Assembly (NCBI GenBank): GCA_964016885.1
Contig: OZ024743.1
Coordinates: 275,714,001 to 275,778,000 of the forward strand
Reading direction: 5' to 3'
Length of the DNA: 64,000 bases
DNA from: Eledone cirrhosa
Taxonomy: Eukaryota
Part shown: one piece after another, positions 50,401-63,829 of the stretch
How the letters are laid out: each line of letters begins with the position of its first letter
How positions within the stretch are numbered: position 1 is the stretch's first letter
Translations under genes and position numbers: made by a program
Notes under the pieces: model-generated
The model's input: the letters and a program-made list of their open reading frames with translations, nothing else
The model's database searches: none
Told to the model about the DNA's origin: nothing

Positions 50401-51513
50401 GCCACACAACTATCATAGCACCTACTGCTTGTTTTTAAGTGTTTATATTCATCTAAGAACCTACCATCATAATTTTATGTAAGAACCTTTGTTATGTTAT
50501 GTTCCAAACACCTACTCAATAATGAGAAATTTAGTTATATTACTAAATCCCTCCAAATTCTTGATTATTTTTTAAAATCATAGGTAACGTCTTTCGTTAG
50601 AAATATGGTAATAACTCTTATCCTGTAATGATTTAGCAGAAAATATCTAAAAACAGGCTTGTTAATTCAAATGTTTAAAGTATCTTTACAGAAAATATCT
50701 AAAAATGGCTTTGCTAATTTAAATGTTGATAGTATCTTTACAGAAAATATCTAAAAATGGCATTGCTAATGCAAATGTTTATGGTATCTTTACTTGTGGA
50801 CAGATCATTGTGAACATTTGTTATATTAAAGAAAAGATTAAAATGTTTAATGTGATGCATTTATAGTGCTGTTTTATGCTTTCTAAGAATGTCTTTGTGG
50901 TATCAGATGTTAAGAGTTAACTTTGAAATGTCTTTTAGCTGAGAGAATGAAACATTGTTATTCAGTGAACAATTCAAGCTATGTACTTATGGATTAGGAT
51001 CAGCTGAGAGTCTCTCTGCACCTTTCACATTTCAATAAAATTAAATAAAAATATATTAATAAACAGATTAAAAGAAACTTGCTTTTGTTTTTAAAGAAAT
51101 AAGAAAACAAAACAAAATAAAAATCAACAACCAATAATCATTCACATATAACAGGGTACAGCATAAATAGATTTATTAATATTCTTACAATGTGGCCACA
51201 ATGTTTTAGGAAAGCACTTATTTACTAAGCTTCATCAGATGTAACTCAACACACTTTCGTCAGATGTAACTCATACACACTTTCGAAAAACATCGAGGCA
51301 AGTTGTAAGCATATAAATAAATCTAATTATACAATGCTCTGTTTTTAACATTAAGTTCTTTCTCCTTTGTGAGCTACTATGATCACCAAATATATGTTGT
51401 TGATTTTTTTTTGGCTTTTGATCCAAAAGCAGATTTCTTTTATATATATATATGGAATCTTAGTTCTTTTCCTGTACCTGAAGCTGAAAAAAGAAACAAA
51501 AAACAAAAAACAA

Positions 51514-51568
<55 letters not shown>

Positions 51569-51808
51569 GTGCAAGTGTCTTTTTTTTAAATTCAATTACC
51601 TATGTGTGTGACTTATTAACATGTAAAATACCTGTATTATTATAAATATCATACTTGTATAAGTTAAGAATAGTGTACATAATAATGTGTGTTGTGTTTG
51701 GGTGATGTTTATATATATATATAGTAGTAATGTATGTTGTATTTGTGAAGTGTATAAATTAGTGTTGTATAACAGTGCATAATCTATTTATAACAGTATG
51801 TGTGTACT

Positions 51809-51864
<56 letters not shown>

Positions 51865-52509
51865 ATGTATGTAATATTGACACTGTATGGTGCTGTGTGT
51901 ATGTTTAAACACACACACTCATCTAATTTGGTTTGAATGTGGAGGCATTGTTATTAGGTAGGTAGATAGGTAAGTTGCATCTAGCATATAAATAATATTT
52001 AAATAAATTCTTTTTACAAAGGAAATCAACAGGAAATGTTGCTATGTGTGACAATGAGTGAAACAAGAATGCTTACATAGATGAACACTGCTAGAGAAGT
52101 GTGACCAACAGACAAATCTGATATAAAAAACATCTAGTTTGCTTCTAAAGAAACAATTCTCAGTCAAAGGTCAAATTAAGACATTCTCTGAGATGGTTCC
52201 AAAATTTAGCTAGGCTAGTAAGTAAAATTGACTGAGCCCTTGGAAGGGCGCAATAATCCTGTTTTCACTCTCACACAACAGCTGGCCATGATAGGAATGC
52301 CTCAGTTAAGTTAAAAAATAATAGAGAGAAAAAGAGAGAGAGAGAGAGAGATTTGGATGAGAAGATAAAATAAAAGTAAAAAAAAAACGGAATTTTTTAA
52401 ATTAGGAGCATCTAGTATATATGTGTGTAAAATCCTTATGTGTGTATAAATATATATATATATATGTATGTATGTATAAATATATATATATACACACACA
52501 CATACAATA

Positions 52510-52576
<67 letters not shown>

Positions 52577-52895
52577 ATACACATTATATATATACAGGGA
52601 GAGAGAAAGAGAGGAAGAGTAATTATTTTAACTTATGGGGAAACTAATGAAGAAAGGAGAGAAAAACGGGGTTGTAAGTGGTACAAGGATTGTGATGCGG
52701 AAACTTTAGAGTAACAGCAGTTTTTTTCTTTCTGTTTGTCTGTTAGTTTTGTTTTTCTTGAGAAACTGGGGGATGTGGTCATTTACATTGAGAGCAGAAG
52801 AATTTAATGGCATCACCATAGAAATGGGAAATGGTGATGACAATCAAAAGGGAACAGGCAGAAGAGTTGGAACCAAAAGGATGCAGGGGAAGACA

Positions 52896-52933
<38 letters not shown>

Positions 52934-55900
52934 ATTTTATTTCTTATATAGGCAAAAAGACCAGAAATTTGGTAAGGGAAGGAACAGTCGATTATATATC
53001 AACACCCCTGTATTTGACTGGTACTTTATTATTAATAATGATAATCAAACAAAAACAGGACAACGATGTTAGCTGTTAAAACATTATCCAAGCCTCTTTC
53101 TATTAAATATGTGCATGCTGCACACACACACACACACACACAGACAGACACAAACATAGGAGACATACATACATACATGCATATATATGTACATACATAC
53201 ATATGCACATACATACATGCATCAATATATATATACATACATATATATATATACATACATATATATATATTCACACATACAAACATGGACATACATACAT
53301 ACTAAAAGGTGACTAGAAATTAAATAAATGAACCAATCACGATAATTATAAACCATCCAAAAGAAAAAAAAAACGAATTAAGAAAAAAAAAATTGAAAAA
53401 AAAAAAAAAGATATGGTGCTTAAAAATGATGAAAACATAACAGAAAAAAGGGGATGTGAAGAGATGGGAGATGAGAAGATTAGTTGTCAACTTTTTTTGT
53501 ATAAAAAGGGTTTATCGTTTGTTTGTCATGCACAGAAAAGAATAAAACCAAATAAGAGGGAGTTGGGGAGGAAACGGTGTAGAAAATTGGAATAAAAAAA
53601 ACACGCACACAATTGAGAAAAACTGGAGGAAGCCATTTTGTTTTGCTGGAATTTTTTTTTTTAAAACTGAAAACACAAGACAGGGAGGAAGAGGATGAGG
53701 ATGAGAAAAAAAGAGAAGTGAGTTGAAGAAGCACAATTGTGAAATGAAAGCAATAATAATAAGAAATCCAACACTGGATAGATGGACTGAGACAGGCACA
53801 GCATTTTCTTAGAATAGAAACTGGATGTAAAATTATGATGATGATGGTGAAGGTGGTTGTTTGTTGTTTGTAAAAGGTAAAAGGATGACAGTTATGAAGT
53901 AGGTAGCAACTAGACATTTTTATCTCTTGTCAGACCAGTGGACACATTTAATTGTAATCTGTCTGTCTTACTAGACAGTCACATGATGTTTTCCCCACTC
54001 CCCCCAGACTGTCACATGATTTTCCCCCTTCCCACTCCTTCTTTCAAACTTTAAACTGAATATTTAATGAGAAATCAATGGAAAAAAAAAAGCAATAACA
54101 AAAAAGCTTGCCAATAAGTCTGTCATGGTTGTATGGTGTTTCACTGGTGTTATCACTGAGAGACTAAATCTACAACTGTCTCTTGGTTTTTGTATGCTTT
54201 GATCACACACACAAAAAAATGTCAACACCACAGAGTGATAATAATAGCTTCTAGCATACATACAAGGCTGCCAGAAAATGACACCAGTATTTGACTGGTA
54301 TTATATTTTATCAAATCCCAATTGAATGATAAAAAGTGAAGTAGACTTTGATGGGATTTGAACTCAAGACTGTAAATAATTGTAACAAATATCTTAAGAA
54401 TTTGTCTGATGCTCTAACTATTCTGACAATCCAGATACAGCAGGAGAAAATGATTTTTACAAATATCTTAACACTTCAGAAACTGTGAGTAGTAATATCA
54501 TTCTTAGTGGAAGTCACTAATAGCAGCAGCAGTAATAATAGTAATAATAGTAGTAGTTGTTGTAGTATTGAGAGTATAATGATTGAAGCTTGCAAGATTA
54601 TCTTGCTTGGAGTTGTTTCAATTTCAAATAAGGAAAAATACATCACAAATAATTGCAATGTATAGGGTTGCAATTGTGTATGTGTGAGACAGTACATCTG
54701 TGTATGTATGTGTGTGTGTTAGAATGAAAGTATGAGAATGTATGATCGGATGGGCATCAGCAAGGTACAAGAAGTGTACTACTCAATAATGAAATGTAGG
54801 TATCATGTTAACGGCCTACTGAAATGAATCACGTGGAACAATAATCCATCTTGATCTCGAAAGTAAAACCATGAAATGGAAAAAAACAACAACAATAAAA
54901 AACACCCTACAAGATTCCAATATTCCAAGAGGCAAAGAATAAGACAGCAAATGGAACAGAATCGAGAAAGATGTTTGTAAATATTGAAATATGGGTGTTG
55001 TAAGAAGAATGGGCTGGGAGGGAAGAAGGGGGAGGAACAGAAAGGTGTAAAATAACAAACAAAAAAAGAGGAAAGGAACAATACAAAATAAGACAAAAAA
55101 CAATAAATGATATAATTTTTTTACAAAAACAAACCAAAAAAATATATACACAGGTTACAGACAGTTACGTATGATAACGATACCATTGTCTTGCGTATAA
55201 AAGACATTACACCTATAAAAAAAAACCACGAAGGCAGCAGGCCAAAGTGTTTCATGCTTGGGAACATTGAAACAAGCATTTTGATTGGCTACAACGACAA
55301 GCAGTTCGAGAATACAACACAACAAAGCAGGTGCCCTGGCAGGCAGCAGAAGGACAACCAACCAAATAAATCAACGTAACAAGCATGACCACATCGGATG
55401 GAGGGATTTTTGGTGGGAAGGAGAGTGGCATAAAAGTTGAAATGGGAAAGAGAGAGAGAGTAGGGGAGCATGGAGTTTGGTGGTGGTGGTGATGGTGGTC
55501 GGGGGATAGTAAAAGACAGGGCGGAAAAAATATCGGTGTGTAAACCAAGATTTTTATCCCCAGACCCTATGAGATATCGTAACATGCAAAGCTGACACCT
55601 TAAATTTGTATGATTTTTCGAGGATGTAGAAGATTTAAGCATTACATTGGCCGAGGAGCATGCTGCGGAGAGGTCAACGAGGATACCTTAATGTTATACC
55701 TCCGTGGAGATTTTCGTTTCTAAATCAGCAGTTTGATCACACTTTTCATGCATTGATCTGAAACGAGACAAGATGGCCATTGCAGAAAAGTTGAACGACT
55801 TGGTAAGACAATGAAATAAACAGAAGCAGACAAACAGGTCATGAAAACCTACTTCAATCGCAAATGTACTGGAATTAATTTATCCTTTTTTTTTATTTAT

Positions 55901-56128
55901 TTTTTTTTTTTTTTTATTGTATTGCGGAAACAGGATATCTTTTCTGTGGCCAATAAATGTGTATATATATATTTATGTATATATATATAATAGATATAGA
56001 ATTTTTTTTTTGTTTTTCTTTTTTGAAGTTCAAATAAGGAAATGTTTAATTTATCTTAAAATTATCTGATTAATGTACATAAATAAAGAACAGGAAAAGT
56101 ATACAAATCAACAGTAATCATACACATA

Positions 56129-56202
<74 letters not shown>

Positions 56203-56722
56203 TGTATGTAACTACTGTTATTAATAGTTTCCATAAAGAAACAAGGTTGGGAAGGAGAGGAACTATTTAATACAAAATAATTTATATTAGTTCAAAGGAG
56301 AAAGGACTGAGATATATAGAGAGAGATATAGAGAAAACATGCTGTCATTTTATTTTATTTTTTTCCTTATTTGTACATTAAATCAATCAATTATATGTAA
56401 TCATTTAAAAATATGATGAAGTTGCTTTAAGTAGTGTATGTTGTTACATACAGTACCCAGCTTAAGGGGCTATGACAGAAATTACAAACTTTTCTGCATT
56501 AGCCACTAGCAGGCTAAGAAACAAAAGAGAAAACAAAAAAAAAAGAAAAGAAAAGATAAAAACAAAAAAAAAAAAAACAAGGCACACACACACAATATAT
56601 ATATATGTAATGTATATATATATATATATTAACATATATGTATGTAAATACACATACATATATATTTATATATATATATATACATATGTTTATTTAATCT
56701 TTTTTTTATATATATTCCCTAC

Positions 56723-56795
56723 CTGCATGGCTTGCACCACTGATTCTGTTGATCAAGACCAAATCTAGCTCTGCATTTCTTTGGGTTTGAGCATT
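56723..56795 (-). CDS. TCF: TCF/LEF (pangolin) C-clamp (CRARF) exon, 73 nt
   Basis: ttctgattccag|AA TGC TCA AAC CCA AAG AAA TGC AGA GCT AGA TTT GGT...TGG TGC AAG CCA TGC AG|gtaggg = (E)[23 protein letters not shown](R). Same 73-nt size and phase 1/2 as vertebrate TCF7L2 C-clamp exons. Confidence 0.96.
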
Positions 56796-57172
56796 CTGGA
56801 ATCAGAATGAGTCAGAATAAGGAAAATATGCATGCATGTAAGAAAATAAAGAAGAGAAAATGAGAAAGCAGAGAGAGAGATGAAAAGAGTGAATAAGAGA
56901 GACAAATAGATAAAGAGTGTGCCTGTTTAAGTAACAATTTGTTTTACATGCACACACGTGTGTGTATGGGTTTGAAGTGGAAAAATATTGAAATTTTGTA
57001 AATAAATAAATATATAATTTTCTTAGAAACACTCAAAATTATGGGGCAAAAGAGGAAAATGTCAAGTTGTGACACTCATGCCTTCTTACCCAATGTAATT
57101 GAAATTATATGATTTCCAAAAAGAATCAAAACAGGACGATAGATTTATTTAGCAAGAAATTTAGTTCTATAC

Positions 57173-57626
57173 CAGCATTTCTCAATCTTTTTACCCTCGT
57201 GGAACCCTTGAAATAGTATTCATGTCTCAGGGAACCCCTGCATAAAAATTATCATACACCATTTTTAATATCTATTTCTTTTACACATAATTGTTTCTAC
57301 TTTTGGCACAAGGCCAGCAATTACCCAGTGTATTACTGGTACTTTATTTTATCAACCCTGTAATGATGAAAGGCAAAGTTAACCTCGGCAGGATTTGAAC
57401 TCAGACCATAAAGGGCCGTAACTCTTTGCTGCAAAGCATTTTACACATAATGTGAAGCCTTTATTATAATAACCAAGGATTTTCCAACAATATGCACGTA
57501 TAGTAAAATTATGAATATATAATAAACATAAATGATTAAAAAAAGCATTAGCTTCTTTCTCGTGGAACCCCTAGCAATCTCTTGCGGAACCCTAGGGTTC
57601 CAGGGAGCACCAGTTGAGAAACTCTG
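57173..57626. mobile_element. hAT-type MITE with nested SINE
   Basis: Ends cagcatttctcaa / ttgagaaactctg, 8-bp target duplication ttctatac / ttctatat, repeated ggaaccc subterminal motifs, and a SINE at about 57290-57445. Confidence 0.75.
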
Positions 57627-57889
57627 TTCTATATTGTACAATGTTCACAACAGTCAATTATATATTGACTCTGGTATCAATTGAATTCATAACTGAAGCA
57701 AACAAGTGTTTTAAGGCCATTTATACTGTCAACACTCAGCATTACAGGGTGTTTTCTTGAGTCACAAATAAGGTGTGAAGCAACTTAGTGTAAGGGACTA
57801 TGACGAAGGAGACATTCAGATGAAAGGAATTAATTTACTTTAGACACTTGAAAGAGAGTTTTAAAGTCTGGCAGTTCAAGGAAAAAAAA

Positions 57890-58170
57890 CTACAACCGTA
57901 GAAAGACTTCCTTATTTGTGGCACCACAACAGCATCAGTGTTTAAATGTTGCCCTATCCTCTGTATTCCCCCTCACCAAGTCCCTGGCTTTCATTTCCTC
58001 CTCCTCTATCATCTTTAGCCATGTCTTTCTTGGTCTTCCGCTTCCTTTACTTGCTTCAACATTCATTTCCATCATTCCTCTTATCCAGTCAGCCACTCTC
58101 TTTCTTCCTCAAAACATGACCCTGTCATCTCATTCTATTTCTCTTCACAACATTCATCACATGAAAAGGA
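57890..58170 (-). mobile_element. Old RTE-like 3' remnant
   Basis: The minus strand gives a degenerate GSGRPRKTWL motif typical of RTE C-termini. Confidence 0.5.
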
Positions 58171-60119
58171 CCCTGTGATGAATTCATAACTGAGGAAATA
58201 AAGTAAATACAGTAATGGTAAAGATGGTGACAAATTAAAATAATTCTTTTACTGGTTTTAGTCGTGCTGGCAGTGAATATGAATAAGTATAACTTTGCAT
58301 AGACATTACTGTGGAAAGCCCTTCCTGATCAACATTCCATAGATTTGCTCATCCCATGAGAAGGTGTCAACTCAGGGATATTACATCATTTTCATATAAT
58401 TGTATTGTTAATCCTTTTGATACCAAACTATCTGAAACTGCCCTGGATTTATGATACAAAACTGCTCATTTTAAAATGTTTATTCTTATATTAAAATCTT
58501 CCACCATGATTATATTTTAGAAACTTTTGTTCTAAATATCAGTTTACTAATAAAAACTTTATATATTTTATTAAATTTCTTCAAAGTTTTGGTTATTTTC
58601 GGAATTATTTGAAAAAGATAAGCAGTGTATTTGATTAGAAATACGGTTACGAAAAGTTTAATAAGTGCCAGAATATTAGGGTCTCGGATTAACTGCCTTG
58701 CAATATTCGATCCAACTCTGTACTGAGAGTTCAAATCTTGCAGAAATTAACTTTCATTCTTTCTGGGTTAGTAAATGAAATACCAACTACATGTGGTGTA
58801 TTGGTGGAATTGTTAGAATGTTGGGCAGGATGTAGTAAATGTTCTGGTACTGGACATTCTGAGTTCAAATCCTACCTACTGTCATGGTAAAAAAAATGGT
58901 GACATGATAGGACCAGGGAAACTGCTATCATTAAAACACCCAAGAAACCTCCAAGTTTGTGCAAATTCATAGGAGGCTGGTTAAACCTATGCAGATAAGA
59001 GCAGTAAAAACAACCACAACTTTGACCATGCTAGGGTAATACTTCTAAAGTATTGACCCTAGAATTTTATATCAATCTGGTATTTATTTTATGAATTTCT
59101 AATTGTTGAATTATTAAGTTATATAATTTCTAACTTTGGTAACTAGATGACCAATAATAAAAAAAACTCTCAGTACTTTACTGGTACTTATTTAATTGGA
59201 TTTGAAAGGCAGTTTGTCTGACGTTCTAACAATTTAACCATTCCAACACTACTACTACTACTAATGACAATGATGATGATGGTAATGATGATGATGGTGG
59301 CGGTAATGCTAAGATAAATTATTGTTGTTTAGCCTAAAACAGTTGTGATTAAGCAGATCTTATAATCAAAGGTGTTCCATCCATGAACACCTCATTATTT
59401 TGTATATTTATTTCTAACTACATTGTTTGATGCATCTTTCCCCCACCCACTTTTTTTAATGGTAGGTAGTGTGTGATTTGAGAGTATCTGGTTGTTATTT
59501 CTAGCAGATCCGGCAACCTCTCGCCTTGGTTTACAGGGTAGATAAAATAAAGTACCTGTAATGCACTGGATTCGATTTAATTTAATCAATTTTCCCCTCC
59601 CCCAAGAATTGTTGGCCTTGTGCCTAAATCAGAAACCATTATTATTATATTATAGATGAGATTATATTTACTTGACTGAAACTAATGATAAACAATAAAG
59701 ATTGAGGGGGAAAGAAAAAAAAAACATACAAAATAAGACAGAAAGAAACAAACAAAAATATGGCAAAATTATAATATTAGAAAACATTTTCGGGGAGGGG
59801 GAGAGGGTAGTGTGGGGAATACTGAAAAAGAGTTATTCAAAAAAATTTAATTTGAAATGAAATAGAAATTGGGTTAGTTTTAAGAGAGGATAGTAATATT
59901 AATAAAAAACAAAAATAATATTGTAATTTAAAAGAAAATATGATAATAATGAGAATAAGAAGGAAGAGGAAAGAAGAGGAGGAGGCCTTCTAATTTAGAC
60001 ATAAGGCCAGCAATTTGTGGGGACACAAAAGTCAACCCAGTACTTTACCAGGTTGATTTAATCAATTCTCACTCCCCCTCCCAAATTTCTAGTCTTGTGC
60101 CTATATTAGAAACAACAGC

Positions 60120-60176
<57 letters not shown>

Positions 60177-60892
60177 TTTAAATGGGGGAAAACAAAACAA
60201 AAGATGAAAAAAAAAGAGATTTAAATGAATCTAATAAGACAAGTTAAGTTAAAAATTATAAAGTTGATATATGTGTAATTAGGTTTAATTTTGAGACAAG
60301 TAGAAAGATAGAGAAGGATTGAGCACTCTCATGTTGATTTCACAGTTATTTATTGAGTGTTATAGTCTATTGTGTTGGAAGAACATAACCGTAATGAGTT
60401 ACAGGAAGTAGTTGTTTTTATAACCTTAATGAGTTACAGGAAGTAGTTGTTTGTTTTAGAGACGAGTTAGTATAAGATTAGTTAACTCTTAATGTCCTGT
60501 AATACATGAAACTGCATTAGCAAGATGTTCTTGAAATGTACAAAACAACATTATGCCTGCATCACATTAAACATTTTAAAGTTTTCAGTTTACTGCACAA
60601 TTTCACAATGCTCTATTCACCAGTTAAAACACTATAAACATTTGAATTAACAAATCCATTTTGAGATATTGCCTGCTAAATAATTAAAGGATGCTAAGAA
60701 AGTTAATACATGGTTAATGATGAAGAAATAATTTCACCTCAAAAGCATTGTATGCTCATGTATCTAACTAAACCTACAATTCAATATTATTACACTTGTG
60801 TGTACAGAATGCTCAGGCATATGTAATAAGCCACTTCCATTGAACCTACCAAAAATCTATCAATTAGAGTAGACAGCTAATCAGCTGTTCCC

Positions 60893-60958
60893 CTGTGTCT
60901 GATGATAAAGACCCAAAAAGTGTTTTAGTTGGTCTCTTTGAAACTAATAGTAACATGG
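60893..60958 (+). ncRNA. Solitary type I hammerhead-like motif, antisense within the TCF intron
   Basis: ctgtgt CTGATGA t aaagacc...ggtctctt t GAAA ct-aat-ag TA acatgg. Canonical core, three plausible stems, and a GUA site at 60950-60952. Confidence 0.55.
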
Positions 60959-62477
60959 TTTGACAAAGATTCTATAACTCTAAATATAACCACCTTCTAC
61001 AATATTGTCATCAAAACTAAGCCAACACCTCATAAAAGGTTTTATCATACAGAGGTTGACTACAAACCCAGGCACTGCCATGCGTAATGTGGAGGGGAGG
61101 AAGATAACTAAATACCAGGGACTGACCGACTGCTTTTCGTGCCACTTACTGTTGAGACCTTTGATGTCCTTAGACCAAGAACTGTGATATTCCTTAGCAA
61201 AATCCAGAGGAGTGCATCTCACTTGAGAAAGGAGCCCCATGACATAGAGTGGCTGATGCAGTGGGTATCACTAGCAGTTCTCTACAGCAATGCCTCCACA
61301 CTTTTGTCTACAAAGCATAACTGTTACACACCACCTAGACTTTGGCATAGAGTATACACCACCCACTTCCCCTTTCACTATTTAATTTTTTTCGTTTTCT
61401 CTTTCCTTTTATTTAATAGGCAAATGTTGATGAATTGAAAAATTCTTTTATTTATTTTTAAATAAATTTGATCTTTAAGTTAAAACTGCACAACTTGCAT
61501 TTAATACTATTGCTCAAATAACAGGCTTAAAAATGAAGGAATTATAGACTTGTTTGAGAAAAAATATGATATTAACTAGCATGTAATGTGAATTAGAAAC
61601 AGTAGACCATTGGACAATATGTTTTATGGCATTTAGTTATGGGTCTTTACATTCTGAGTTCAAATCCCACCAAGGTCAACATTGCCTTTCATCCTTCCTT
61701 CAGGGTCGATAAAACAAATATTAGTCAAATACTGGGTTGATTTCATCAACTGTCTTCTTGATTATTTTCGAACTCATTTGAAAAATATAAGGGCATAGTC
61801 TTTAGAAATATGGTAAGGAAAAGGTTAAGCTTTAGACTTTGTTTTTGGTGGGAGGGAAGTAAATAACTTCACTGGCATATTCTTCTCCAGAAATATTCTG
61901 TATATATTTTCATTTATAATACCACCAGACATCAACTGTAATTTCCATGGCTCATAAAAGACAAAAATTATTTGGAATTTGGCAAATAGAAGACAGTTTA
62001 CAATTTAACACGTAACATCTTGTAGTGATTTAGCAGAAAAAAATTCAAATGTTTATAAATGCAGTATTAGATTAAAAATTTTAATTTTTAATATGATAGT
62101 CATAACGCTGTTGTATACTTTTGAAGAATGTCTTGCTAATGTGGTTTTATGTGGCACAGGACGTTAAGAGTTAAATCTGATATGGCAAATATATATTTTT
62201 CTTATATAAAGCCTACATATTCCATTGTGTATCTCTTGATGTATTCAATAAAAAACTATCTATTACTAACTGGTTATTGGAAGAAAAAAAAAAGAATTCA
62301 ACATACCTCTGTTATTAGTTAAACACTTTGTCATGTCATCTATCATGCTGGTGACAAATGGAGGCAAGAATACTTACCAGATAATGGTTTTGCTCTTTAG
62401 CCAATAACATTCTTGTTCTAGAATTCTTATCAATTTTCTTAAAAACTTCTACCACCACCACCATTTATACACACACA

Positions 62478-62523
<46 letters not shown>

Positions 62524-62910
62524 CACACACACACATACATACATACATAGATAGTTGCCACAGAGCAGTTAACTATACCGAAGTTGCTAAATATAAATAA
62601 TGATTGAAGAAATCAGGTAAAGTTACCCAGAAGATGGAAAAAAGTGAGGAAGGAGACCTGCAGAGAATTAAACCCCACATCTCTCATATACCAAACATAA
62701 TGGTCAAAGACACATGCCCAACATACAAGTGATGTATGATCTGATTCCTTGCAGGCATCTCTGTCCACTATTTTCCATCTTCAGAGGTACTTTATCTGAT
62801 TTATTGAACTATCATTTATACTTATCAACTTTTATTATTTTATCTGCTCTGTGATGACTATATTTAGAAATTTTTCAATGCTCCATAAGTCAAGCAATCT
62901 TGTGTGTAAA

Positions 62911-62972
<62 letters not shown>

Positions 62973-63757
62973 CATAAATACATACACATTTATATATATA
63001 GATACGTACATATATAAAAAAATATATACATATATTCATACATACATACATATATATGTATTCACACACATACAATATTGGCCTCACTTTTTCTATAAGA
63101 CACAATTCACTATAAAATGCCTAACTAGTTCTAATAAAGTAACTTAGCCTGCATTGTTTCTTTCCAAGGACTATATTGAAAAATAAACCTTATTTGGTCA
63201 TTCCATGAGAGTATCTTGGTCAGCCTATGAACTTTTCAGCTGACTCTCGTATATATATACACACATATGTACATATATGCAAATACATACATACAAACAA
63301 ACATGCATATAGATGTGTGTGTGTAACAAAACCTCACACATCATTCAAGGTGGTATATACAGACAGCTCTAACGATGACTTGTGAATGATGTAAAATGAA
63401 GAAGAAGAAGAAAATAGGAAGAGGGGATACATGTGCAAAACAATATGTTGTGGATAGCAAATAGTTTGTTATCATCATCATCACAATGATCTGTTAATGC
63501 AGTTTGCTGTTATTTTTCTTGTTTTGGTTTTTGTTTGAGCATGTAGATAAAAAAAAAAAATTAATTGTTGTAGTAGTAGAAGTAGTAATGGTAATAGTAA
63601 TGATCGCAATACTAATAATAATGATAATAATAATAATAAAAATGACAGTAATGATGAGAGAAATCACAACAAAAAAAAAAAAAAAAAAAAAAAAGAGTTA
63701 TGAAGAGAAAGTGATTGGTTTTAGAGTGGAATGGGCGAGTGTAGAAAGAGCATATAC

Positions 63758-63829
63758 CAATAATAGAAGGTCTCGTCCTTTCCCACTGATATGAATCCCC
63801 GCCAGAGCTTCCTTCAGCAGTTATAGAAT
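63758..63829 (-). CDS. TCF: Probable TCF linker exon (72 nt, phase 1-1) upstream of the C-clamp exon
   Basis: ttttcttatgtacttcag|...ATTATTG|gtatat. Open frame (D)SITAEGSSGGDSYQWERTRPSII that splices in frame to the C-clamp exon; GC-richer than its flanks. No homology recognised. Confidence 0.6.

Noticed and set aside
51230-51286. Minus-strand CTGACGA/CTGATGA in a 25-bp duplication
   Set aside because: No downstream GAAA or stems; a simple local duplication.
54140-54200. PRDSCRFSL, weak C-clamp resemblance
   Set aside because: No convincing acceptor and too few matches to separate from chance.
55225-55290. ACFNVPKHETLW, weak C-clamp resemblance
   Set aside because: Needs an assumed deletion and has no good donor; not supportable without alignment.
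61157-61167. CCTTTGATG TCF-binding site suggesting autoregulation
   Set aside because: A single short motif is expected by chance in 64 kb of AT-rich DNA.
62372-62420. Possible 40-nt exon with strong gtaagt donor
   Set aside because: Weak acceptor, frame-shifting length and no homology.
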